DNA of 64,000 bases. Source: Candidatus Buchananbacteria bacterium. Its GTDB lineage: Bacteria > Patescibacteriota > Patescibacteriia > 2-01-FULL-39-33. Location of the stretch: positions 1,075 through 65,074 of the forward strand of contig CAISTG010000007.1 of assembly GCA_903888345.1 (NCBI GenBank), given 5' to 3'. Shown here piece by piece: positions 10,007-22,000 of the stretch (the first letter of the stretch is position 1; each line of letters starts with the position of its first letter). Below the pieces are notes generated by a model. The model did no database searches. It saw only the letters and a list, made by a program, of their open reading frames with translations, and was not told where the DNA came from. A program made the position numbers and the translations under genes.

Positions 10007-13000
10007 ATGTCTAAGAGCATTAAAAATATAATTTTTCTAACGGTCGCTACTTTAGTTTTAGCAATTCCGTTTTTAGCTTTGGCGAGTAGTGGAGTAACTG
10101 CTGGCACGCCAACTTTGGCGGGACTACAGAGTGTCTTTGGTGCGGGCAATTTAACGCAGATTATTGCTAGAATTTTGCAATTATTTTTTGCTTTGCTGGG
10201 CGTAATTGCTTTAGTAATTTTGTTGTATGCTGGTTTTATTTGGATGACGTCGCAAGGTGATCCGGGCAAAATAGAAAAAGCTAAAAACATGATTTATGGA
10301 GCAGTTATTGGTTTGATTATTATTTTTTCTGCTTATGCTGTGGCGAGTTTAATTTTTAATTATTTCCGACCACAGACTACTACCTGTACGACTCCGGGTG
10401 AACAACAAGATTGTTCAGTTGCTTATTGTAATAGTACTCGTACCGGATATCGTGAATGTTCCGCTGGCAAGGTTTGGAGCTCCTGTCATTATGACACTTC
10501 CTGTGGCGATGATTCGATTGATTTTTATTCTCAGGCTTTTGCCAATATCTTTAAATTTAGTGATAGCGCAAGTTTTCCAAATTGGCCGGGCGTAGCTTGG
10601 GATTATTCTCGAAATCGCTCCAAGTTAGTGGCCTTGCCGCGTTCTGCCACATTGCAGGTAGAGGCGTACGCCCACATTACTGGCGTTAATTCAAAAATCG
10701 ATAATCTTCACTTATGGGAAACGAGTTCCACAGAGCGTGATTTAGCTGCTTTTACTATTACTGGGGCGGGAGCTCGTGGTACTTACAATTTTGCTTGGGC
10801 TTCAACAACTTGGGGTACAAAAGATTTCGCTTATGATACGACTGCTATTAAAGTTAGAATTAACGAGAATAATAGTCTCGAGTCTAAGCCAGTCAAGGTT
10901 CTATTTTGTGCCGACCATTATTTTGATGGTCTCAAAAACTATGATGAAACCGGCATTGACTGTGGTCCGGGCTGTTTGAATTGTGCTGGCGAAGCTTGTA
11001 AGAAACCAGGGTCGGATGTTTGTAGTGCCGATAATTGCGCTTCTGGAATTTGTAATACTGATTGTCGTTGCGCTAGTGCTCCGGAAATCACTTATGTGGA
11101 TCCAGCGCTCGATGTCAATAATGACACGAATCGTTTGAATTTGGTGGCGAGTCAAATTGATGATGATATTAGTAATGGCGCGGTTAATAATTACGTGACA
11201 ATTTTTGGTCGGAACTTCGGTAGTGCCACCGGCACCGTAAAATTTTCTCCCCTGGCTGGTAATCTCCAGGTTCCAGCGGTCGTCGCTTGTGCAAAATCGT
11301 GGAGCAACAATCAAATTGTGGTGCTGATTCCCAGCACCTTAGTTCCTAATGAATCGATTACGACGGACAGTGCAATCGCCGCCGCTACACCAGTGCGCAA
11401 TTACACCATTAATGTTCAACCGGCTGCCTCTACTTTGTTCTCAAATGCTTGGGGCTTTCAGGTTAATAAAATTGAGCGTCCCGGTATTTGTCAGATGACT
11501 CCAGGTAGTGGAGCTTATCCGACCATCACCACCGCTAATGGTTCGAATTTTCCAACCACTGGAGTTCAGTCGGTTATCTGGTCAATCAGCGGGGAGTTTA
11601 GCACTACTTCAGCTGCGGGGCGAGTTACTTGGTATTCGGCCCCATTTAATGTTACTTCAACGGCTGCTACCAATTGGACGGCTGCTAGCGTGAAAGACGT
11701 AGTACCACAGAATCGTCTTGGCCGTAGTGGCGTCCGAGTTTATAATGGTAATGTTTATAGTAATTATTATGTTTTTCAAATTTCTGATGGCAAAGTTGGT
11801 AGTCCTTGCGGCTATGACTCCCAAGTTTGCGATCAAGATTTAGATACCTGTGGCGATAGTGCCGTTACTGGCTTGCAATGTCAGAATTGTCAGCGAGGGG
11901 ACTTCAGTTGTGATTCTAGTAAAAATTGTACTTGCCAACCGTTGGTGGCCCCGACCTGTACTTCTGATCAGGCTTGTTCTAGCGGTGGTTGTTCTGGAAC
12001 CCAACAATGTCTGCAAGGAAAGTTACAGCCCTGTGTCACGGTTCCCGGCTGTGTTGGCTTTTTAGGTAAGTCGTCAACTAACTCACTGTTTTCTTGGGCG
12101 TTCTTAGCTAACAAACAAATCGGTCCGGGCAAACAATGCTTGTCAGAATTATGGAATGATGAGACTTGTAGTTTGTCGGGTTGTCTTGATAGTAATCTGG
12201 CTTGTGATACTGAAAGTTCAACTGACGAATTTGTTGAATTGTATAATCCGACCGGCGTCGCTAGTGACTTATCGGGTCTGGGCGTGGTTTATGGTGAATC
12301 ACCAGTAGTTACTGATGGTTTACTTGGTTATTATCAGTTTAATAATAGTCTCAAGAATTCCGCTCCTGGGTCGGTAGACTCCTTAATGGTTGTTAATGGT
12401 GGTAATTTGAGTAATAATATAGATTGTATTAATTTGGGTTGTGTTAATTCACGTGGTGCTCGCTTCATGGTGGCGGAGTCTAAGGTTAATTCTTCTACGC
12501 TAGCTAACTTTACTTGGTCGGTGTGGTTTAAACCAGAAAACTTGGATAATGCGGCACAGTTTACTGATCTACTCACTAAAATTGGTTCAAACGCCAGTCA
12601 ATATATCCAATTGTTCTGGCTGAATTCCACCCAAGAGTTAGGCTTTAAATGGACTAATTCCTTCCGTCTCGCAAAAGCTGGTAATGCTAGAAATAAGTGG
12701 CATCAAGTCGCGGTAACTTTTGATGACGCTTCAAATTTAGCAACGTTATATATTGATGGTGAGGAGATTGGCAAGAGAACGGTAGCCGCTAGTATTTCAG
12801 ATAATAAATATGCTGACCTTAATATTAAATTAGGTTCAACGTCCTTAACTAATCAGGCATCGTTTGATGATATCTTAATTTATGATCGTGTCTTGAATCT
12901 AGCTGAAATTAAAAATATTTATACTTATCGCGGGCGTAGCTTATCAGGTAATTTAGCGGCGGGAACGGTTTTGAGTTTACGGGGCACGGCCACTACGCCT

Positions 13001-16000
13001 TTGGGTTTGCCAAAAACCTCTGGCTTTGTTAGTTTAGTTAGCTCAACTGGTCAAGTGATTGATGGTTTTAATTATGGATTAAATTCCAATCAAGTTGTTC
13101 CGGGCTATTATCCTGGCTCTGTCGGCCGAAAAAATGATGGCTTAGACACTGACGCTAATAGTGATTTTATTTACTTCAGCAAGAATTCTGAAGAAGCGCT
13201 CAACACACCTAAGGCCGTTAAGACTAATACTCATTTAGTGATTAATGAGTTTGCATTAACCCATAATCCTTGTACTTGTGTACAGAAGGCGCAAATGTGT
13301 AGTTTGGGTCAGGTTGATAACACTGCTTGTGCCCCGGCCAGTCAGTGTCAACAAGTTAAACGATGTCAGGCTAATGGCCGCTTTGGTAGTTGCGAATTAG
13401 CTAAGGCTAATTGCGTGCCCTACTTACCAACCTCGTCAACTATCGCTGTTTATGCCTGGAGTTTTAATACTAATCCAGCACCACCATCGAAGGGGCCATT
13501 TATTGTTTCTGGTTGCCAAGGTAATGGCAGCTGTAATGATAATAATGTTTTGCCAAGTCCAACCCCTTGGAATGTCAAATGGAATCAATTGGCGCAACCG
13601 GAATTAAAAATTGATAATGCTTCGTCTTGTTTGAATGCGGTTATTTCCGCTCGATTTTCTGAGTCAATGGATGCCAACTCCCTTAACACTGATAATATTA
13701 AAATTTTTAAAGCGACTGGTGCTAATTGGGAAGAGGTGACTGGAGCGCTAGTTGGTAGTATTGATAAACTTACAACTGGTGAGGCGGGTGTGAATTATTT
13801 CAAGATTACTCCTAGAGATCGTTTAGCCGCCGATAGCAAATATCTAGTGTTTGTTAGTAAAAAGGTTAGCGATGAATTGGGTCGCAACCTAATAGATAAT
13901 CCGAGTGGGGTTAACAGTAGTTATTGTACTAGCACCGGTAGTGGCTTGCCAACGACGCCTGGCGTCTGCTGGCAATTTAGTACGCGCAGTGCTGGTAGCA
14001 GTAATTTATTATGCCCAGTAGGTTGTATTAGTGTTAGTCCGAAGAATTATTTTAATCGTTATTATCTTCAAGATAAGTTGCATGAGGCTACACCAATTAG
14101 TGCTGATAATGTTTGTTTGGCTTTAAATAAGCAGGATTATGCTTGGAATTGGTCTGAGTATGAACAGAGCGGGGGAGCTACTGCTCGACAATGGACTTTA
14201 CAGACGGTTGTCGAGAATGGGTTTGCACAAATGAAAGACTACTTTACCAATGTTTTTAGTGCGGGAATTTTCCATCAGAATGCTGGCCAATGGTATTCCG
14301 GTCAGGCGACGACCACTGCTTTACGAGAAACAAATTTCAGACCGTATGATATTAATAGTTGGTTTAGTTATGAAGATATTGGATATTTTAGGGTTACCGC
14401 AAAAGAAGTAGCCAGTGAGCATTTTGGCTCCGCTCCAGTCCACAATGATTTTACTGACCCAGTGGTGGTTGAAAATCAGTATTGTTCGCGCTCTGAAGAT
14501 CCCGCCAAACAAATCTTACAAAGTCCTAGTCCCTGGAAAAATCAGCAAGACGCTTGTATCAACGCTGTCGTGTTTGCGTTGTTCAGTCGTAATATGAAAA
14601 ATAGCTCGCTGGTTGATGCGACTACTGGTAAGCCGGTTAATGTTGAAGTTTATAATTGTGGCAATAATGCTGGAAAAGCAACTTCCACCGATTATAATAG
14701 TGGTTGCACTAAAGTATCTGATAATAATGGTTGGACCGCCAGTATCTTTAATTATACCCAGAAGAATTTAACACTACAGCAATTAGTTGCAGCGCAGTCG
14801 ACTGATAATTCCACTAAGTTGGAGGGCCTGCGAATTTTCCCCAAAGGAAATTTAGAAAAAAATAGTTGGTATCGAGTAGTGATTAAGGGCGGTCTTAATG
14901 GTGTTCGTGGCGGTACGGCAGGTACAGAAATAGCTGAAGGTATTTTACAGATTCCGAGCAAGAATGCGTTAATGAAAACTGGTTCTGATAATTCCTATTA
15001 TTGGTATTTCAAAACTGGATCGGGAATTTGTCCAATTGATCAAGTCGCTGTTTTGCCTCAATTTAATTATATGGATCGGGTTGGACTGACTCAAGAGTAT
15101 GAAGCTGATCCAATCGCTACTAACTGCAACCATTTAAATCCCTTTAATTATTCTTGGAATTGGCAGTCCTTACTTAATCCTTTTGATGATCGCTGTATTG
15201 ATCCGGCGACCGGTAATGGCGTAGCAACTATTTGTGCCTTAACTAGTGTTAATTGCACAAATTCTGATACTAAAATTCGCCAGCCGTTTGTTAAAGCTTT
15301 TGGTCAGACTGAAGGTGAAACAAATATTACGGCTCGTGTTGAAACGTCAACTGCCAATGAAACTTGTGTTACTGATAAGTGGGGCTATAGTCAATTACAA
15401 ATTGGTTTAGGTGCCTTCGCGGTCAGTAGTCTCAATAATTCAGATTGTTTAAATGCTGAATTAAGTTTAAATTTCTCGACTGCGGCTAGCAGCACAACAC
15501 TTCATCCCGCCTCTGCCTCTAATACTAATGGCAATATTCTATTATATCGTTGTGGTACCGGAGTTGCTGGGTGTGATAATCTCACCACCGCAAATTTAGT
15601 GGACTTAACCTTGAAATATCCCACTAATTGGCCTGCTCCAATGAAGCAAATAGTATTTGAGCCAATGACACATTTACTTGCCAATAATACTTATCGCATG
15701 GTAATTAAGGGCGGCACTAATGGTGTTATGTCTGCCAACAATACTCAACTTGAACATCTTAATTATAATATTGGCGGTGCTGCCGGTGGCGAAGCTTGTG
15801 ATCGTTCGACCGAGCCGAATAATCCATTATTAGCTAGTGTTTGTAGTGATACTTGTATTTTTAGGCCGACGGCAAATTTATGTAACACCAAATATCAAGA
15901 ATGTAATAATAAACAGGGTTTATTAGCTTATTATAATTTTGATAATAATTATAGCAATCAAGTAAATATTGGTATTGTGAGTACTTCAAGCACTTCCTTT

Positions 16001-19000
16001 GTGGCTGGTAAATTCAATCAGGCACTACATTTTGGCGCGGCTAGTCATAGCTATGCTTCGTTGCCATCAAATTGGATTAATGCGAACCAGGGGACGATTT
16101 CTTTCTGGGCTAGACCACTGGATTTGGTTGGTACACAGGGTTTATTGTATACCACTAATAATACCAATAAATTAGTAATTAACGCCGTTAATAATACCAG
16201 TACTAATAGCCGCAATTTCACTGTTTTTTATGGAACTGATAGCCGTAATGTACAATTGGTTTCAGCTGTCTCTAATATTAGTAATAAATGGAGTCAGTTA
16301 GTTTTAACTTATAATCAAAATCAATTACAATTATATGTTGATGGCCAGTTAGCCGCGACCGCTGCCAATACGACTGCACTTAGTGGTGGTTTTGGCGCCA
16401 TCTATCTTGGCAAAAATAATACTGGTCAGTTTTTTGATGGTGACTTGGATGAATTGGCAACTTATGAGTCGGTTTTAACTGTTTCCGAGATTAAGAGTTT
16501 AGCGACTCGAGGCTATCCGGAGTCTACGGCCTATCGCTGTAATAGTCTTTGCCAAAAAATGGGTATCCCTACCGCCTCTAATTATCCGTCGGGAAGTTGT
16601 AGTAATGGAAAAATTGATGCCGGTGAGCAATGTGATGATGGTAATAGTAATAATAATGATTTATGTAATAATAAGTGTTTGTGGAATGGTGTTAGTGGCG
16701 GAACCTGTGGCAATAAGGTTGTAGATAATGGACAATTTGATAGCTATTATTGGGATTTCAAATTAAGTGCTACCGCCAAAGTCTGTAATACATTAGATTG
16801 GTCTGGTTTGAATCCGTGTCCTAACGGTATTTGGTCAGTTGGTGCCGATCAGGGTGTTACTGGTTTAGCGTTGACCGCTTATCGCGGCAGTTCTGCTAAA
16901 GAAAATGATCTTTGTATCAAAGATGAGGAATTACAAAAAATTGGTTTCTGGCACCGCATTATTAATTATATTGTTAAAATCGCTAAGTCTTTCTTGGGTC
17001 TTAAGGTTGTCAGCGCCGCCGCTTACTGGTGTCCGATTAACCACTTGAATTTTGGAACAAGTGAATTGCAGGCCATGGCGCGAGGGAATTATAGCAGTTC
17101 AACGCAGTTTGCTGATGGAGCAACTGCGGAGTTAGTAGCTTATACTGATGATACTAATAACTTTAAGATAAATATTATTAGAAGTGCTGATTGGGCGGCG
17201 AGCACCGAATATAAGTTCATAGCTAGTTATAATAAAAATGGGATCATTGGAACTAGTACTGCCAATATTACTACTTTTAATAATGCAAATAGTTGCCAAT
17301 TAAAGAATATTCGTTTTGATGTTTGGCCTCGTGGCTTAGCTAAAACTGCTGATGCCTTCAATTGTGCTTCGGATCCAAAGACCGGCAAGCCGGATGATTG
17401 CGGTCGTTATTCCAGTGATCTTTATGATGATGATATGTCAGCGGCCTGGACTAAAGAATATCCAGCCAATGGTTACGATTTACATAGCGACGCTAATGTT
17501 GGCACAGCCACTAGTTATTTGCCTGGCAATCAGCATTTATATCGTCTGTGGGCTTTGACTTCAGATAAATACGTGGTGCGAGCTAATTTTTCTGCTTTGA
17601 ATTTGACTAACGTTTCGGCAGAATCAACTTCCACCTTAATCTCTGGTACGGGTTATACTGGCGATTTATGGCTAACTTCGGGCTTTAAGCCAGGCAAGTC
17701 CTTACTAAGTGCCACTGCTATTGATCAAAATGGTCGTGGTGAGTTAGGCCAAGCCGATACGGCTCTGCCGATTTATACTTTCTTCTGTAACAATCCTTGG
17801 CCCAATGCTAAGAATTTCCCTTTTATCGATTCTGCTAGCAATTGTTCGGTTGGTTCTGGTTCTTGTATTAATAGTAACTTCGGTACTTATTATTGCCGTG
17901 ATACTGGTGTCGCTAAGAGTTGTGTTCAGGGTAATAATATTGGCAAAGAATGTACTATTAATGCTGATTGTTGGACTAATAAAGCATTAGCAATAGAGGG
18001 CAGTTGCCAACTAAATACCGATGATGATTTGCCAAGTATCGGTGAATATGATGCTTTAAGTGGCAAGATTACAAAGGGTGTGGCGATGGGATTCAGCGGA
18101 GAGACCTGCCAAACTTTGCCTAGCTCATTTAAGCTAAGGTTAGGTTATCAATCTTACGTTGATAATACTAATTACGTTTGGGATACAAATTATACTAGTA
18201 TTTATCGTAACTCAGGTAATGGTTGGGAAAAGATTGATAAGGGTTTGTGGCAATTAAATGGTTTGTCGGCTAATTTCAAACCTATTTTTGGATATTCGGT
18301 TAGGGTTGGCAGTGATCCATTAGTCAATCATGATTATCTTTGGAGTGGTTCTGAAATTTATGTTTATAATGGCGCTAGTTGGCAATCCGATGCTAGTTTA
18401 AAAGCTAAAATGCAGTCAATTGGGTTCTGGCCGACTGGCGGTTATTTCTGGCAGGGTCATAATAAGGTTGGATTATTTGATGCTAATGGTAGAATTGTTA
18501 ATTTAGATTATGATGCTAATGGCAATTTTATTAACGTTTCTGCCGATACTACTTATACAGCTGTTGGCTTTACAGCGCGACCGAAGTTATTCATCGATTA
18601 TCATCAGGGTGATCGTGGTCCGTTAATGTTGGATGTTAATGGTAATGTTTGGCAGGTAACTAGCACCGCGAATCGTTTCCAACAGCAGACAATTATGCCG
18701 GCATTTACTGCCAGCTTTAATCCGCTGTGGGGTGGCACTAATTCTGACGGCTCAGTTTTCTTTGGCCTAGATCCGAAATATTTTACCCTGAATTATACGG
18801 GCAATAATCAATGGTTAGCAGCGGTCAGCGCTACGGAAAATTATAAGACCTGTGATAATAAACTGAAAGAGTTTTTGTTTGCTGGCATTAAACCTGAGGG
18901 CGGTAGTGATCTTGTTAAGGCTGGTGATGAATATAATTCGGCAACTAATGCAGCCACAGCGACTTTTACTAAAAACACTATCGATCATAGCGTTTACACT

Positions 19001-22000
19001 CTGGTCAATAATACTACGACCTATGATTTTGCTTTACCGGAAGCGGGTAATTATTATGTTACTCTAGAAACAGCCAATCACAATAATGCTAATCCCAGAG
19101 CGTCAGCGATCACTGTTTTGCCATTAGGTTTTAATGGTGCTTACGGTGATTGTGCTCAGGGGAGTAGTCTTAATGGACGCGACGTTTATCAGAAAGTCAG
19201 AATTTCTATTGATGGAAAAAACACTTCTACTTTGACTTTACTCGCCACCAATCCGGATAATCGCCAGGTTAATCGGTTGACGGCTCCAATTTTTGTTGAC
19301 GCTAAAGGCATACATCGGGTGGCGATTGAGTGGGTCAATGATTGTTATTGTTCAACTTATTTCGGCGATGCCTGCCAATATGGTGATTTAGATTCTAATT
19401 TACAAATTTACAGCGTGCGCCTGACTAATGCTAATAATCTTAGTACTAGTGATGCTATTGGTATGAGAGTTTATAATAATAATCAACATTATTCGGCCGC
19501 GCTTTGGTATCGAACTAAGTTTAATCCTTATACGCAAGGAAATCTACAAGCCATCAATGTTGATGGTAATAAAGCGGTGAGCGAGGGACGAACGGTTTAT
19601 GTTAATGCACCAGATTTCGGCGTTATTGATCCTAGTGGAGTGGGCCAGTCAGGTACCTCAATTTATTCGACTATATACTTAATGTCCTATAATGAAGGGG
19701 TTTCGCCAACTACTTTGAATATTTTCAAGCAACTGACTAATAATTGGTTTTTTAACGCTGGCGGTCATAGTGCTGGCGGTTTAGACGAGGCGGAAGATGT
19801 TGGTGTCTGTAGTGGTGGCAGCAGTGTTAGTGCTAATACCTGTGTTACGGACATTGATTGTATGAAGCGGGGCGCTGGTTACTGTGACTCCACCAAAGCA
19901 AAAGCAACCCGTGATACGGTTAGACTGAGTGATCTACAAGACATGTATTTGGCTTTAGGAAGTTATTATAATAAAACTCGTTGTTCCAATGATTTGACTC
20001 GTAGCTGTACTAATAATGCTAATTGTTTTGGTGGTGGAGTATGTGGTAATTTCTATCCGAATTTGCTTTCTGGTACTTATATTTCTGGTAAGACTTATAG
20101 TGTCTGGCCTTCGTGGCAACAAACACTCGGTAAAGAATTGGGCGTGACCTTACCAGTTGATCCCTTAAATTTGATTTATTCTAATAATTCTGGGACGGCG
20201 GTTAAATGCTCCGATCCGTATAATCCTGATACTTGTTGGAGTGAAAAAGACGCTAAGATGGATTGTCGTATTCATGCTAGTTCCAGTTTTTATACCTATT
20301 ATGGTACCAGCTTTGGTTCAACTAATGGCGGCACTGTTCAACCAGGAACCGCAGTCAGTATTTATGCTAAGGGCGAGTTATTTCCATATAATAGTGGCAA
20401 CTGGCGACCCGATTGGAATACTGTTACTAATTTACGTTATAATCCGTTTGCCAGCTACTCTTCTCAAATTAGTGGTCAGCAGTTCTGTGAACGAATTACC
20501 AATACTTGTGGTAATGGCCGGGTAGATACCGGAGAGAATTGTTCCAACTGCCCGATGGATATGGGATGCGAGGTGGGCAAGGCCTGTCAAAATTATAGTG
20601 GTAATTGGACTTGCGGACCATTACGCTTATGTGGCGATGGCCAGCGTCAGGTGGGGGAGGAGTGCGATGATCATAATACTAGTAATAATGATGGCTGTAA
20701 TAGTGAGTGCCTATGTGAAAATGGCTATGATTGCAGTGGAGGGGTTCCAGTTACGAAATGTGGTGATGGTGTGATTACGGGCAGCGAACAGTGTGAACAG
20801 ACCAGTAATGGCCCAAGTTGCGGTAACCAAACTTATCAAGGGCAGAGTTGTTGTAATACTGAAACTTGCCGATTGAATAGTTGGTATCGTACCAATATGT
20901 CTTGTGGTGATGGTATTAAAATCGATCAAGAGGATTGTGATTGTGGCACTGTTGGTAATTCCATCTTTGCGTCGCGTACAGCTGATGGTTCGCCGCCAAA
21001 TCCCTTTGCTTGTCGAGTTAGTAATCAAGACGCTGCAGTTGTGTCATCAACCGTTTGGAATCTAACTCCTTTAGCTTATCAATATTGTCTCAAAGATACT
21101 TGTCAGGGTCGTACGGCCGAAGCGCTATATTGCGGCGATGGTATTTTAACGCCAGCCAATGAAGCCTGCGATAAGGCAGTAAATGGCAGTAAATATTGTT
21201 CTGATACTTGCCAGTGTGCGGCTGGAGCAACTTGCGATGGAACCCATACTTGTGGTTATAAACCAGGCGATGGCGTGTGTGATAGTGCTTGCGGTGAAAC
21301 GCATATTGCTAATACCTGCGATGATTGCGCCCCTTGTCATAACGGTGAAGCTTATACCGGTGGCACCTATAATAATGATGCTTGTTGTGGCGCTGATTGC
21401 AATTTAGTTACTGGAAAAATTGATCCTTTTGATACGCCAACTTTTTGTGGAGCTGGCAGTTCACTGACTTGCAACGCCCTTTGTACGGCTACCAGTTATA
21501 GTACTGGTTGCGGTCAAACACATAATAATGCTGATTGCACGCCGGCCACTCCCGCCTGGAGCTGTACGCAACAGGTGAGTACTTGTGTCCATTATCCCGA
21601 CTGTACTAATGCTGTTACTAATTCGGTCTTCGGACCATTTTGCGGTGATCTAACGCGTAATGGCTCTGAGACAACTGCTATTGGAACTGGTTATTTCTGT
21701 GGTCAAGATTTACCGCCGACAAACATTCAAAGTGGCTGGGATATCCATATTTCTCAAGTTACTAGTCCTTGTACTTTGGCGCAAACCTACACGTCATTTG
21801 ATGACGAAAAGTCAGGCAGTAGAATTACAGCTAAGGGATCGACTGCTGATTTAGCTACTAATTTTAGGATTAATTTTAATACAGATCCGACTTCTGATTT
21901 CCTGTTTCAGTTAAGTCCTCGAAGAAGCGATGGCAACTATTATAGTCCTATTGTTAGAGAGGGGAAGAATTTTTGGGGCACGCCAGTCAATGAGTTTACG

